Assembly: GCA_934121885.1 (NCBI GenBank)
Contig: CAKOVH010000008.1
Span: 233-64,232, forward strand
Length of the DNA stretch: 64,000 nt
Direction: 5' to 3'
Source of the DNA: an uncultured Clostridia bacterium
Lineage (GTDB): Bacteria; Bacillota; Clostridia; TANB77; CAG-508
The notes under the pieces are model-generated. The model had not been told where the DNA came from, made no database searches, and was given only the letters and a program-made list of their open reading frames with translations. The position numbers and the translations under genes are program-made. This document shows, piece by piece, positions 30,037-39,948 of the stretch (positions within the stretch are counted from its first letter, which is position 1; the number at the start of each line of letters is the position of its first letter).

Positions 30037-31161
30037 TTAGTAATTCTCCTTTTCTAGAACAGGGAATATAAATTGTGTACTATTTTCTGTTACATTTCCG
30101 TTTTCTTTATGATTTGTCAAAAATTCATTTGAGCCTTTTAGAAAATATTTATATCTCATTTCCTCTGTTAAAGTTCCACCATCAGCTATAATTGGATCAT
30201 CCCATGTAACATCTATAGCATACCATTTTTCATTTATTCTAACATAATTCCACATATGAGGTTCTTCTACTCCTGCAGAATTTGTTGCTGTTCCAGATAC
30301 TATAACAGATTCTATTCCTAATCCATCTAAAATATATTTGAATGCTCTTGAATATCCTTCGCAAACAACACTTCTAGTTGAAAAAGCTCCATAAACATTA
30401 TATGCATTTGGATTTGAATTGCTTTGATTATACGTAAAGGTATCTATCATCCAATTATGCAAAAATTTTATTTTTTCATATTCTGTATATCCATTTAACT
30501 GCGAAGCAATTTTTGTTCTTATATCTTCAAGATATTTAACCCTATTTTTTACTTCTTCTGATGTTCCAACATCGTCTGTTAAGTAGCTAGCATTTTCTGC
30601 TTTAGACAAAACAACCTCATTTATTGATAATTCACCTATCGTTGTTGTATTAATAGTTAGTACAAGCTTTGATAAATCAATATAAAATATATCAACGTTG
30701 TCATATGTAAATGCATCCCACGCTGATTGAAATGCATTATTTAATTTTGTTTTTCCTTCTTCACCTTGATTAATTAGACTATTAAATTGAGTTCCAAAAT
30801 CTATTTCATATACTCCTGTTTTTAAGTTTTCTATATTATTTTCTAGTGATTCATATATAATTTTAGAAGTATCATCTAATTGATTATAATAATAATGATC
30901 TATTTGTGAAATATTTATATTTTCATTTGGTTGTTGATTATTTATAGTATTATCCATGTCATTATTATCTACAATTTCATTTACATATGTTACATTTCCC
31001 TCTATAGGATTTTGATTTTTATTCTTTTTGAATATTCCTAAAATATCAACAAAGAATACTTCGTATATTAAAAATACAAATACTGCAATTACTAACATTA
31101 CCAAAATTGATATAATTATTATTCTTTTTATTTTAATTTCTTTGCTTTTTGCTTTTTCCAT
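30037..31161 (-). CDS. membrane-anchored transglutaminase-like (cysteine protease fold) protein
   Basis: 374 aa with an N-terminal TM helix. The Cys-His-Asp core is CEGYSRAF ... HMWNYV ... DVTWDD. Confidence 0.75.
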   Translation of the reverse strand: MEKAKSKEIKIKRIIIISILVMLVIAVFVFLIYEVFFVDILGIFKKNKNQNPIEGNVTYVNEIVDNNDMDNTINNQQPNENINISQIDHYYYNQLDDTSKIIYESLENNIENLKTGVYEIDFGTQFNSLINQGEEGKTKLNNAFQSAWDAFTYDNVDIFYIDLSKLVLTINTTTIGELSINEVVLSKAENASYLTDDVGTSEEVKNRVKYLEDIRTKIASQLNGYTEYEKIKFLHNWMIDTFTYNQSNSNPNAYNVYGAFSTRSVVCEGYSRAFKYILDGLGIESVIVSGTATNSAGVEEPHMWNYVRINEKWYAIDVTWDDPIIADGGTLTEEMRYKYFLKGSNEFLTNHKENGNVTENSTQFIFPVLEKENY

Positions 31162-31162
31162 T

Positions 31163-32380
31163 TTACTCTACCTCTTTTAATTGTTTTATCATTATATCTG
31201 CAAATACCCCATAACCAACTGTTGGATCGTTTACGAGTACATGCGTAACAGCTCCTATAAATTTTCCGTTTTGTATTATTGGTGCTCCACTCATTCCTTG
31301 TATAATTCCACCTGTTTTTTCAATAAGTTTTTTATCTGTTATTTTTATAACCATACTTTTGTTGTTTTCATTATTATTTAAGTATAATTTTTTTATTTCA
31401 ACATCATATTTTTCTGTTTTTCCATTTTCAAGTTCACATAGTATTTGAGCCTTACCTGTTTTTATTTCATCTCTTAAAGCCACATCCATTTCTTCCATAT
31501 TGTTTATATCAAGTTTATTTTTACTTTGAACTTTTCCATAAATTCCAAAACTTGTATTTTTATATATACTACCTAAACTTTCAGAATTTTCTATTGTACC
31601 TCGAATTTCTCCTGGAGTTCCTTTTTGCCCTTTTACTATAGATAAAATATTGGTAGTTGTTAGCTCTCCGCTTTCTATATTAATTAGTTCAGATGTATCA
31701 ATATCTGCTATCCCATGTCCAAGTGCTGCAAACATTCCAGAGCTTGGCTCGTAAAAAGTCATTGTTCCAACCCCTGCTGCGGCATCTCTTACCCATAAGC
31801 CTAATTTATATTCATTTTCGTTTACTTTAGCAGGTTCTATACTTGTTGTAATTGTTTGTTCATTTCTTTTATATTTTACTTTTACAGTTTTACCATTACT
31901 TTTGTTTACAGTTTCAATCAAATCATTAGTATTTTCAATCTGCTCATTGTTTATTTCTATAATGGCATCTCCTTCTTGTATTCCAGAATTTTCGTATGGT
32001 TTTTTTCCATTTATTTCAGACATTCCTACAACTAGAACACCTTCTGTATATAATTTCATTCCAATTGCTTTTCCTACAGGTACAACTTTCGACTTTGGAA
32101 TAACATTAACATCCATTTTCTTCACAGGAATATTTCCAAATAAATTTAATGAAACTTCTATTTTTCCTGTATCATTTACTTTATTTTTATTAAGATTGCT
32201 TGATGCTTGAAGTACCTTTCCATCTTGTTTTCTTCCTACTGTAATACCATATATTGTTTTTAAATCTAATGTTTCTCCTTGTATTAATATTAAATTATTA
32301 GGCATTAATGTTATATTACAAATGTAAACAAAGATTACAAGTAGAAATAAAACAATTAAGATTTTTTTATATAATTTCAT
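31163..32380 (-). CDS. spoIVB: SpoIVB peptidase (S55), sporulation signalling protease
   Basis: 405 aa with an N-terminal TM helix, a PDZ region (GIQEGDAIIEINN), and the S55 core GTMTFYEPSSGMFAALGHGI and GMSGAPIIQNGKFIGAVTHV. Confidence 0.9.
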   Translation of the reverse strand: MKLYKKILIVLFLLVIFVYICNITLMPNNLILIQGETLDLKTIYGITVGRKQDGKVLQASSNLNKNKVNDTGKIEVSLNLFGNIPVKKMDVNVIPKSKVVPVGKAIGMKLYTEGVLVVGMSEINGKKPYENSGIQEGDAIIEINNEQIENTNDLIETVNKSNGKTVKVKYKRNEQTITTSIEPAKVNENEYKLGLWVRDAAAGVGTMTFYEPSSGMFAALGHGIADIDTSELINIESGELTTTNILSIVKGQKGTPGEIRGTIENSESLGSIYKNTSFGIYGKVQSKNKLDINNMEEMDVALRDEIKTGKAQILCELENGKTEKYDVEIKKLYLNNNENNKSMVIKITDKKLIEKTGGIIQGMSGAPIIQNGKFIGAVTHVLVNDPTVGYGVFADIMIKQLKEVE

Positions 32381-32440
32381 GGTTATCCCTCGTTTCTATA
32401 TTACTTAGGATAACCTAAAATACATTTTTTTAAACATAAT

Positions 32441-34246
32441 TTATCTTAAATCAAAATTACTCTTATATAGGTCGTACCTTTCACGTGCTAATCCTGTTAA
32501 ATATGTTTGTCTAACGGCTTCTAATTCAGAATTATTCTTATCATATAATGTTTTTCCTGTTAAATAGTCTTTAATTTCTCCTTTTATAATATCATCAATA
32601 TCATAATCTGCATTTGAATTAACAATGCAATTATAACATCCAGTTAAATATTTATAATGTGCTGAACCATCTATAGTTGTATTGTTAACACCATGTGGAT
32701 AAAAATACTCTGTCATTGTTTCTGATACTTTAACTGTTTGTCTTAAAAAGCTTAAATCTGTATATGCTGTCATCATAAATTGTTTGTTATCAAAAGTTCC
32801 ATCTGCTTTTGCTTTTTTAACTTTTTCTAATAATTTTTCACATCCAACTTGATGATATTCTAAATTTTCTCCATCAGTTCCTTCTAATATGTACATCGAT
32901 TGAGAATTGATTACTTCCTCATTTTTTGTATTTGTAATAACAGAATAATTATTAAAATATTTTTGCCCTATAGGAATACCTTGCATAAATGCTGCAATAG
33001 ATACATTATTAACTATTTTATACCAATCTGTATCGTTTATTATAGGCATAACAAATTCATAATTGCTTCCAGCTTGAGTATTATAATTTGCAATAGCTGT
33101 TGTTAAATTTGTTTCAATAGACTTTCTGATAATTGCAATTCTATGGTTATTAAATGTTGAGTTTGAAAGCATTGGATCATTTTCGCTATTTCCACTTGTT
33201 GCAAAAATCTTCAAATTGCCTGTATTTTCAGATAAATAATTTGTATCATTTCCTATTGTGTTATTTCCGTTCGTATCTGTTTTTATAACATTCTTTTGAG
33301 TTATATCAACTAATTTTTCATTTACCCATTCACTAAATTCTTTCGCACTTTTATAATACTCATATGCACTAATACTTTTAAATCCAACATTATTATTGTC
33401 AATATATGTTTTTAAATTTGACTGTTCACCTGCAAGATATGTTTTTTTGTAATTATCATACCAAAAATATTGAATATTATCATTATTGGTACTTTCAGTT
33501 GTTTCTTTATATACCTTTTTATTATTATATACTATATATGTATAATCTCCTTGAGTGGTTGTTCCATCATCATTTACTGTTATTAAATGTTCTGTTAATT
33601 CTTCAGGTTCAATTAAAATTCCATCATATTTTAAAGTTTTATTGTTCTCATTAATATCAGTTACTTTTTCTGGATCAATTAAGTATCCTGATTTTGTTTC
33701 ATATCCATTACCGAAATCGCCATATATAGTAATCTCATTATCTAATGTATAATTTACAATTATTGTTTTACCATTCAAATTGTATTTGCATGAATAATAT
33801 ATATATGGTCTTAACCCATATTGATAATTTTTAATGCTTTCTGTTGTTATTTTTTCTATTGTTTCATCTTCAGCTTTTTCTACTTGTACAATGTTGTCAT
33901 ATGAACTATATATATAATATCCATCATATAGTGTAAATAAAATTGCAGGTATAAACGTCTGCACATCTTCTTTTGAAGATACCATTGATGTTTTCATAGA
34001 ATTATAAAACATATTTATTGAAGCTTCTATATCCCTTATTTTCGAGTTACTAATACTTGAATACTTATTGTTTACAGAATTTATTTGAAATGCTTTTAAT
34101 GCATCATATGTAGAATTATCAAGTTTTGTTTTATATAAAGTTTGAAGTGTTATTGTATCTATCTGATTTTGAATGTAGCTTGACATCACCATTGATATTG
34201 GAAGAATTATGATAACGAATATTACAGCTAAGTATTGTAATTTCAT
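32441..34246 (-). CDS. large exported/membrane-anchored hypothetical protein at the distal end of the pilus locus
   Basis: 601 aa with a single N-terminal TM helix (LAVIFVIIILPISMVM). The rest is Asn/Tyr/Thr-rich. No family recognised. Confidence 0.6.
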   Translation of the reverse strand: MKLQYLAVIFVIIILPISMVMSSYIQNQIDTITLQTLYKTKLDNSTYDALKAFQINSVNNKYSSISNSKIRDIEASINMFYNSMKTSMVSSKEDVQTFIPAILFTLYDGYYIYSSYDNIVQVEKAEDETIEKITTESIKNYQYGLRPYIYYSCKYNLNGKTIIVNYTLDNEITIYGDFGNGYETKSGYLIDPEKVTDINENNKTLKYDGILIEPEELTEHLITVNDDGTTTQGDYTYIVYNNKKVYKETTESTNNDNIQYFWYDNYKKTYLAGEQSNLKTYIDNNNVGFKSISAYEYYKSAKEFSEWVNEKLVDITQKNVIKTDTNGNNTIGNDTNYLSENTGNLKIFATSGNSENDPMLSNSTFNNHRIAIIRKSIETNLTTAIANYNTQAGSNYEFVMPIINDTDWYKIVNNVSIAAFMQGIPIGQKYFNNYSVITNTKNEEVINSQSMYILEGTDGENLEYHQVGCEKLLEKVKKAKADGTFDNKQFMMTAYTDLSFLRQTVKVSETMTEYFYPHGVNNTTIDGSAHYKYLTGCYNCIVNSNADYDIDDIIKGEIKDYLTGKTLYDKNNSELEAVRQTYLTGLARERYDLYKSNFDLR

Positions 34247-34385
34247 ATATTATTTTTCCTTTCTTTCGTTTTTAATTTAATAGAAATATTTACAATTTTA
34301 ATAAACATTTCTATTAAATTATACACATTTTAACTAAAAGGAGGCGAAGAAATAGTCCTCCACCCCCACATATTTGCAAAATTAT

Positions 34386-34919
34386 TTATTTATTACTTGT
34401 GCTTCCATTAACAGCAACTACCCCTGTTTGCTCTGCAAAGACTTGATATGATTCATTGCCCGAAACCATATAGAAGAAATTTCTAAGTAATTGAGAAATT
34501 GTTTTATTTGTATTTTTTACTTTAACAGATACAAGATCTCCTTCTTTTAATGTAATTCTTTTTTTTGAATTAAGTTCTTCTAAAACTTGAGAAGTGTATT
34601 TGTTATAATATACATTTTCTCCAATTTTTGTTGTTTCTACCTGAGTTGCTTTTTTACCTGGATTTTCATCTAATTGTTGAACTAACATCTCAACTTCAAA
34701 TGAATTACCAGTTGCAGTAATCGTCTCTAAATATTGTTCATAATCATCTAATGTGATTTTTCCAGTCGTTCTCATTTTGTCAACAAATTCTGTTGTTGCT
34801 GTTTGTACAGCCAATTGTGATATATCATCAGTTCTTTCTGATAAAGACATTAGTGGAAATACAAACATCAAAATTGCTGCTAAAAATATTGCTATTACTG
34901 TAATTAAACTATCTCCCAT
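34386..34919 (-). CDS. hypothetical membrane-anchored protein of the pilus locus (minor pilin / TadE-like candidate)
   Basis: 177 aa with an N-terminal hydrophobic helix (SLITVIAIFLAAILMFVFPL). Tightly spaced behind the pilin-like genes. Confidence 0.5.
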   Translation of the reverse strand: MGDSLITVIAIFLAAILMFVFPLMSLSERTDDISQLAVQTATTEFVDKMRTTGKITLDDYEQYLETITATGNSFEVEMLVQQLDENPGKKATQVETTKIGENVYYNKYTSQVLEELNSKKRITLKEGDLVSVKVKNTNKTISQLLRNFFYMVSGNESYQVFAEQTGVVAVNGSTSNK

Positions 34920-34936
34920 AATTTCAATCTCCTATC

Positions 34937-35569
34937 TTAGTTTTGTAATGTATATACTATTACTCTTTTTTTCTTTGCATCTTTATCATTGGTTCCGTTA
35001 TATACGTACTCTCCAAGGTTTTCAATAAATTTGTTATTTTTATATTTCTGCATAAAACCTTCATAATTATAAGATTCTCCACTACCATTTGGATACATAT
35101 ATGTTGTTCCTGCTAGAAAAGCATCTATGTTTTTCTTATATTCAGTATGACTGCCTGTCCATGGTTCATGCCTTTTAGTTTCATCATCAACATCAAAAGC
35201 ACAAATTTGTAATTTTTCACTATTTAATTTATAATATTTATTTTGTTTATAATCACCAGACCAAAGACTAGAATTGGTTTGAGTGTTATAAATTGTTAAA
35301 TATTCACCATTTTTATCTCTAAATATTACTGTATAATTTTCTTTGTAATATTTGTATAATGTTGGTACAATTGTTTCCATACCAACAATTCTATTTTCTG
35401 TTCCTTGGATTACTTCTTGATATTGCATATATTCCGTAATATCAGAACTATGTAATACTATATCTGCGGTTTCTCTAGCATTTGTAAACATATTAATAGA
35501 AATGGACAATGCCATAACAAATACTATAACGGCAAAAGCCATTTTTAAAGCATCAACTGCATTCTCCAT
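34937..35569 (-). CDS. pilin-like protein, divergent MENA..AL paralog
   Basis: 210 aa. N-terminus is MENAVDALKMAFAVIVFVMALSISINMF, i.e. the conserved MENA..AL start followed by a hydrophobic helix. Confidence 0.55.
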   Translation of the reverse strand: MENAVDALKMAFAVIVFVMALSISINMFTNARETADIVLHSSDITEYMQYQEVIQGTENRIVGMETIVPTLYKYYKENYTVIFRDKNGEYLTIYNTQTNSSLWSGDYKQNKYYKLNSEKLQICAFDVDDETKRHEPWTGSHTEYKKNIDAFLAGTTYMYPNGSGESYNYEGFMQKYKNNKFIENLGEYVYNGTNDKDAKKKRVIVYTLQN

Positions 35570-35589
35570 ATTCTACCTCACTTTTTAGA

Positions 35590-35991
35590 CTATTTTTTTG
35601 TTATTGTTACTGAATTAATGTATCCTGATGATGCATCATTTCCAAATACTACATCATATTGATATCCTGATTTTACAGCTGTCTTTGCCTTTGTTCCATC
35701 TTTTTCATAAGATGTACCATCAACTGTAATTGTAATTTGTAATGAATCATCATTTACATTAACTAGGTTATGATTTTGAATTGTTGTAAGTAATGCTTTT
35801 ACCTTTGATCCACTTTGACTTCCTGTATATGAATCGAATTTAGCATTATATGTTGCAACCTTTTCTGCATCTAATCCTGATCCTTCCATTGCTTCCTTTG
35901 CTTGGTTAAATACAGCCATACCTATAGCTATAATTGATATTGATAATAATATGGCTCCTGCTATAATTAATGCTTTTGATGCATTCTCCAT
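35590..35991 (-). CDS. pilin-like protein (candidate major subunit), MENASKAL family
   Basis: 133 aa. N-terminus is MENASKALIIAGAILLSISIIAIGMAVF. It is the shortest paralog, preceded by an 80-nt spacer with a strong GGAGGAAA RBS. Confidence 0.6.
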   Translation of the reverse strand: MENASKALIIAGAILLSISIIAIGMAVFNQAKEAMEGSGLDAEKVATYNAKFDSYTGSQSGSKVKALLTTIQNHNLVNVNDDSLQITITVDGTSYEKDGTKAKTAVKSGYQYDVVFGNDASSGYINSVTITKK

Positions 35992-36005
35992 AATAATTTC
36001 CTCCT
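35963..36005. repeat. 43-nt perfect repeat covering the RBS and first 10 codons of the pilin paralogs (copy 1)
   Basis: ATAATTAATGCTTTTGATGCATTCTCCATAATAATTTCCTCCT is identical, letter by letter, to 37085-37127. Confidence 0.9.
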
Positions 36006-36071
36006 TTGAATATTTACTTTTTATTACTTTTTTATTTATACTAGGTTTTTAATTACCTAAATAATAAAATC

Positions 36072-36563
36072 TTAATTGTTTGTTTCTGATATTTCTGAAA
36101 AGGTTAAACTTTTTATCTTGTTACTTTTTTTATTATATTCAATACTTGTACATTTAAAATTTGCTGTGCCGTAATTTTTTATAAATGCTTCTGTTCCGCC
36201 TTTCTCAATATCTTCAATTTGTAATGTTCTTGTTTCTTTTTTATAAATAAACTCAATATATATTTGTATTAAATTTTCATTATCTTTAATATAACGCTTA
36301 TTTGAATCTCTAGGTACTTCATTTTTTTCATTTAAATCTATTGTTTTGTTTATTAAACTTATTAAATTTGTACCAAGTATTGTTTTATTTAAATAAACAC
36401 TATATTCATTATTTACTTTTTGTTTTTCTACTTCATTTTTTCTAAATTGAAAAACCATATATGTTACAACTATTGTTATAACTATTAAAGCAAATAATAT
36501 CATAAAAAAACCTTTTTTCATATATATCTCTTTCATTATAATATTTTTTACATTTTTATGCAA
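36072..36563 (-). CDS. hypothetical single-pass membrane protein in the pilus locus
   Basis: 163-aa ORF from a TTG start. The more likely start is MKKGFFMILFALIVITIVV at about 36521. No family recognised. Confidence 0.5.
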   Translation of the reverse strand: MHKNVKNIIMKEIYMKKGFFMILFALIVITIVVTYMVFQFRKNEVEKQKVNNEYSVYLNKTILGTNLISLINKTIDLNEKNEVPRDSNKRYIKDNENLIQIYIEFIYKKETRTLQIEDIEKGGTEAFIKNYGTANFKCTSIEYNKKSNKIKSLTFSEISETNN

Positions 36564-36582
36564 GTATTTTCATTTATTTTAT

Positions 36583-37113
36583 CTATATTTCCTCAAATTT
36601 CATATAGTTTACATATTTTGTATTTTCATTAACATTAAATTCTATGCATATATAATATTTTGTCTCCGCTTGTATATTAAAATATTTATCTCTTACTAAG
36701 TCATTGTTTTTAATTAGTTCTGTTAATTGTTCTTCTTTCTTTTTTTCTAAGTTTTTACTACCTTTAATATCTATTTGTATATATCTTGTATTACTTGCAT
36801 ATCCACTTTCCTTTTCTAATTCAAGTTCTGTATTATTTTTTTTTGCTAAATTGGCTAAATTTACAATATCATGTATTGTACATTTTATAGGCTCTACTAC
36901 ATATTGTTTCTTTGTTTCGTCATAATTTGTTACACTTCCATAATATTTTAAAAATTGATTATTAAATGTATCTATTTGAGTCTGTTCAATCTGCTTTGAT
37001 GCATCAGCACTGTAACTTCCAAAAGTATTAAATAAATATACTCCAGCAGAAATTATCATGACACCTATTAAAATTTCTGCTGCCATAATTAATGCTTTTG
37101 ATGCATTCTCCAT
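36583..37113 (-). CDS. pilin-like protein, MENASKAL family
   Basis: 176 aa with N-terminus MENASKALIMAAEILIGVMIISAGVYLF. Confidence 0.6.
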   Translation of the reverse strand: MENASKALIMAAEILIGVMIISAGVYLFNTFGSYSADASKQIEQTQIDTFNNQFLKYYGSVTNYDETKKQYVVEPIKCTIHDIVNLANLAKKNNTELELEKESGYASNTRYIQIDIKGSKNLEKKKEEQLTELIKNNDLVRDKYFNIQAETKYYICIEFNVNENTKYVNYMKFEEI

Positions 37114-37127
37114 AATAATTTCCTCCT
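37085..37127. repeat. 43-nt perfect repeat (copy 2)
   Basis: Identical to 35963-36005. A diverged third copy lies at about 37790-37825. Confidence 0.9.
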
Positions 37128-37138
37128 AGCATATTTTT

Positions 37139-37819
37139 TTATTTTTCTTTAAAACTCATTGATTCTATTCTTCCGTTATACTGGTCGTATGTTACATTTG
37201 TACATTTAAAACGTTTATTTTTGAATTCTGTATATACTGATTTTATGTTTTTATATTCATCAATTGCTTCAAGTACTTTTTTAGCTTCTCCACCTTTTTG
37301 TCTTATCTTTTCTTCTACATCACTTTCTAAATCTTCACTACTAAATCCTACACCATATATATCAGCAATTTCTCTTATCGTAAGTTGAGAATAATATTTT
37401 ACTGTTTTACCTTTAAACTTGTTTTTATTTTCAAAATCTGTAATTTCTTTTTCAATTTTATTTTTGTCTGTTAGTATCTTATTAATATCATTTTCTCCCA
37501 ATTGAAAATAATTTGTACCCGAAATTGAATTATTTATTATTACTATTATTTTTACTTCAATATACCCATCTTCTTTTTTATATCTTCTAGTATAATCATC
37601 CTGAAGATTAGCTAGTGAAAACAATTCACTTCCATAAATAGTTCCATTGTATTCTTCAAATTTCTTGCTGTAATCTTCCATCTTACTTAATTCATCATTA
37701 TCTGTTTTTATTTGCTCAATACCTGCTATTTGATTATACATAAGCATTAATGCTCCAATAATCAATACAGCCATAAGAACAGAGCCTGCTATAATTAAAG
37801 CTTTTGATGCATTTTCCAT
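37139..37819 (-). CDS. pilin-like protein, MENASKAL family
   Basis: 226 aa with N-terminus MENASKALIIAGSVLMAVLIIGALMLMY. Confidence 0.6.
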   Translation of the reverse strand: MENASKALIIAGSVLMAVLIIGALMLMYNQIAGIEQIKTDNDELSKMEDYSKKFEEYNGTIYGSELFSLANLQDDYTRRYKKEDGYIEVKIIVIINNSISGTNYFQLGENDINKILTDKNKIEKEITDFENKNKFKGKTVKYYSQLTIREIADIYGVGFSSEDLESDVEEKIRQKGGEAKKVLEAIDEYKNIKSVYTEFKNKRFKCTNVTYDQYNGRIESMSFKEK

Positions 37820-37835
37820 AATTTTTATTCCCTTC

Positions 37836-39920
37836 CTATTTTTTCATTGATTGGAAAGATGTTGTCATACTTGTCATACCAATGAATACAAGTGGTATAA
37901 TTAAGTATCCTACAAATAATACTATCATAGGTGCAAATCCAATACCTTTTCCTATCATTCCTTTTTTAGAAATTAATCTTTCATTTGACTCTTTTCTCTT
38001 TGCTTGATAATAATCTCTTTCTGTATCTAATTCATCAAATGCATCTGCAATAGGAATTTTTTCAACTGCAGCCTGTAAGCTTTCAACAATACGTATAAAT
38101 TCTTGATAAGATACGTCTTCTTTTAATTGCTCTAATGCTTCCCAAGGTCCACTTTCATAGTTGTTTACACATTTGCTAATTGGTTCTTTAAAAATATTTG
38201 CATATCTTTCTAACCATTCAAGAATAATTTCAACATTCACTCTTTCTATTTTCATAAGCATTAATATAATTGTTTGGAATTGCATTACCTCATCTTCCAT
38301 TTCAATTTGCCTCATTTTAGCTTGGAATGTAAGTAGCCATATTGGTACATTATATGCAATAATTGCAAATACCATTGAAAGTAATATTTCGAACCATTTC
38401 ATATTTTCACTATTAACAGTTGTTATTTTTCCCGTAACTCTTTCTGCTGCTGTTGCAATTTCGTTATCACTACTATTAATATAGTCTTTATTTACATTTC
38501 CCTTTTTCATAGCTTTTTCAATGTCTGCTTGGGTTACACTTGTATCTCCTTTGAATCTTCTAATATATTCATTATCTGATTCTGTAAGTTGCATTGCTGT
38601 TTTTCTATCTTTGTCTGACATTTGACCAATAATGTCAAAGTCAGAGGTTGGATCTGTATAAACATTGATTATAGTAATCTTATGTAATTGCATAATAACA
38701 ATTATAGAAACTACGAATGTTACTATGCATAATGTTATACGATTTAGATATACCCATTCCATTTTGTCTTTTGAAGCTGCATTTTTAAGATTATCTTTTA
38801 ACTTTTTATATTCTTTTGTGCCTTGGTTTGGTATAAATAAATTAACAAAATTTTTTATTGGCTTTATTTTATATAGTTTTGCTTGCCATGGATTTTCTGT
38901 ATTTTTTGTATTTGTGTTTACAGAACCATTGTCTTTTAATTTTCTAATCAAAATATAACATACAAATGTTAATAATACTACAAATAATTGCATTATCATA
39001 CCTACTCTACCATTATAAAATGAGGATGTAAAGCTGAACTGTGAAATTGCCCAATTTTTTATTGGTTCTAATGCAAGTATTGGAAGTATAGCAATTATAG
39101 ATAAACTTTGAAATACATAATCTAGTTTATCTCTTTTTAATATTTCAAGTTGCATTTCTTGTGTTATGTTATTTAAATTTTTTAAATAAAGTGAAGCTCC
39201 ATTTACTGTTCTATCTCCAAATTCTTTTGTTAAGTATGATACTCCCGCAAACTCTTTCAAGTAGCTATTTGGAGCAACATCATAATATTTTTCTAGTTCA
39301 GATTCTGGATCATCAGAAATCAAAACTTCATAAATTTTTTCTGCTTGCCTTGACATTTCTGGTGCATCATCATCTTGAGCAACTTGATATATAGCTTCTT
39401 CTACCATGTTAAATTCATGATAAGCATGTCTAATTTCTGAAAAGAAATTAATTTGCTCTTTTAAAAGTTTATTGTCAATTTTATCTACCATTCCACCTAT
39501 AATAGTATCTATTAAAAATACTTCAAATACTAACAAAAATGTCATTATTAATGGATTATTTTTTGTTAGTATAATAACTGCAAATGTAACAGGGATAACT
39601 ATTAGTATTGCATTTGTTAATATTTTTGATGCTTGTTTTCTTGTTAAATATTCATCATCTATATTTACAATTTCAAGTCTACGTCTTAATTTTAATAAGT
39701 ATCTTTTTAAGAATGGAATTTTTATATAATATACATATAGTTTTTGATATAAAATTTCAAGTGTAAACTTTTTTTCTTTTGTTCCCTCTCTTAATTGTTG
39801 TATTTCTCTAACGCCAGAGGAATTCATCTTTTTCTTAAGCATTACATATGCAATTACTATAATTCCAAATAAAACTGCCATTGCAATTCCAAAATATAAA
39901 ATTAGTTTGCTGCTATCCAT
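37836..39920 (-). CDS. polytopic membrane protein, probable fused TadB/TadC-like (GspF/T2SS-F family) platform protein
   Basis: 694 aa with several TM clusters separated by cytoplasmic helical domains. Sits immediately downstream of the CpaF-like ATPase, as tadB/tadC do in Tad loci. Confidence 0.5.
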   Translation of the reverse strand: MDSSKLILYFGIAMAVLFGIIVIAYVMLKKKMNSSGVREIQQLREGTKEKKFTLEILYQKLYVYYIKIPFLKRYLLKLRRRLEIVNIDDEYLTRKQASKILTNAILIVIPVTFAVIILTKNNPLIMTFLLVFEVFLIDTIIGGMVDKIDNKLLKEQINFFSEIRHAYHEFNMVEEAIYQVAQDDDAPEMSRQAEKIYEVLISDDPESELEKYYDVAPNSYLKEFAGVSYLTKEFGDRTVNGASLYLKNLNNITQEMQLEILKRDKLDYVFQSLSIIAILPILALEPIKNWAISQFSFTSSFYNGRVGMIMQLFVVLLTFVCYILIRKLKDNGSVNTNTKNTENPWQAKLYKIKPIKNFVNLFIPNQGTKEYKKLKDNLKNAASKDKMEWVYLNRITLCIVTFVVSIIVIMQLHKITIINVYTDPTSDFDIIGQMSDKDRKTAMQLTESDNEYIRRFKGDTSVTQADIEKAMKKGNVNKDYINSSDNEIATAAERVTGKITTVNSENMKWFEILLSMVFAIIAYNVPIWLLTFQAKMRQIEMEDEVMQFQTIILMLMKIERVNVEIILEWLERYANIFKEPISKCVNNYESGPWEALEQLKEDVSYQEFIRIVESLQAAVEKIPIADAFDELDTERDYYQAKRKESNERLISKKGMIGKGIGFAPMIVLFVGYLIIPLVFIGMTSMTTSFQSMKK

Positions 39921-39948
39921 ATTATAGATTTACTCCTCTCTCGTTATT

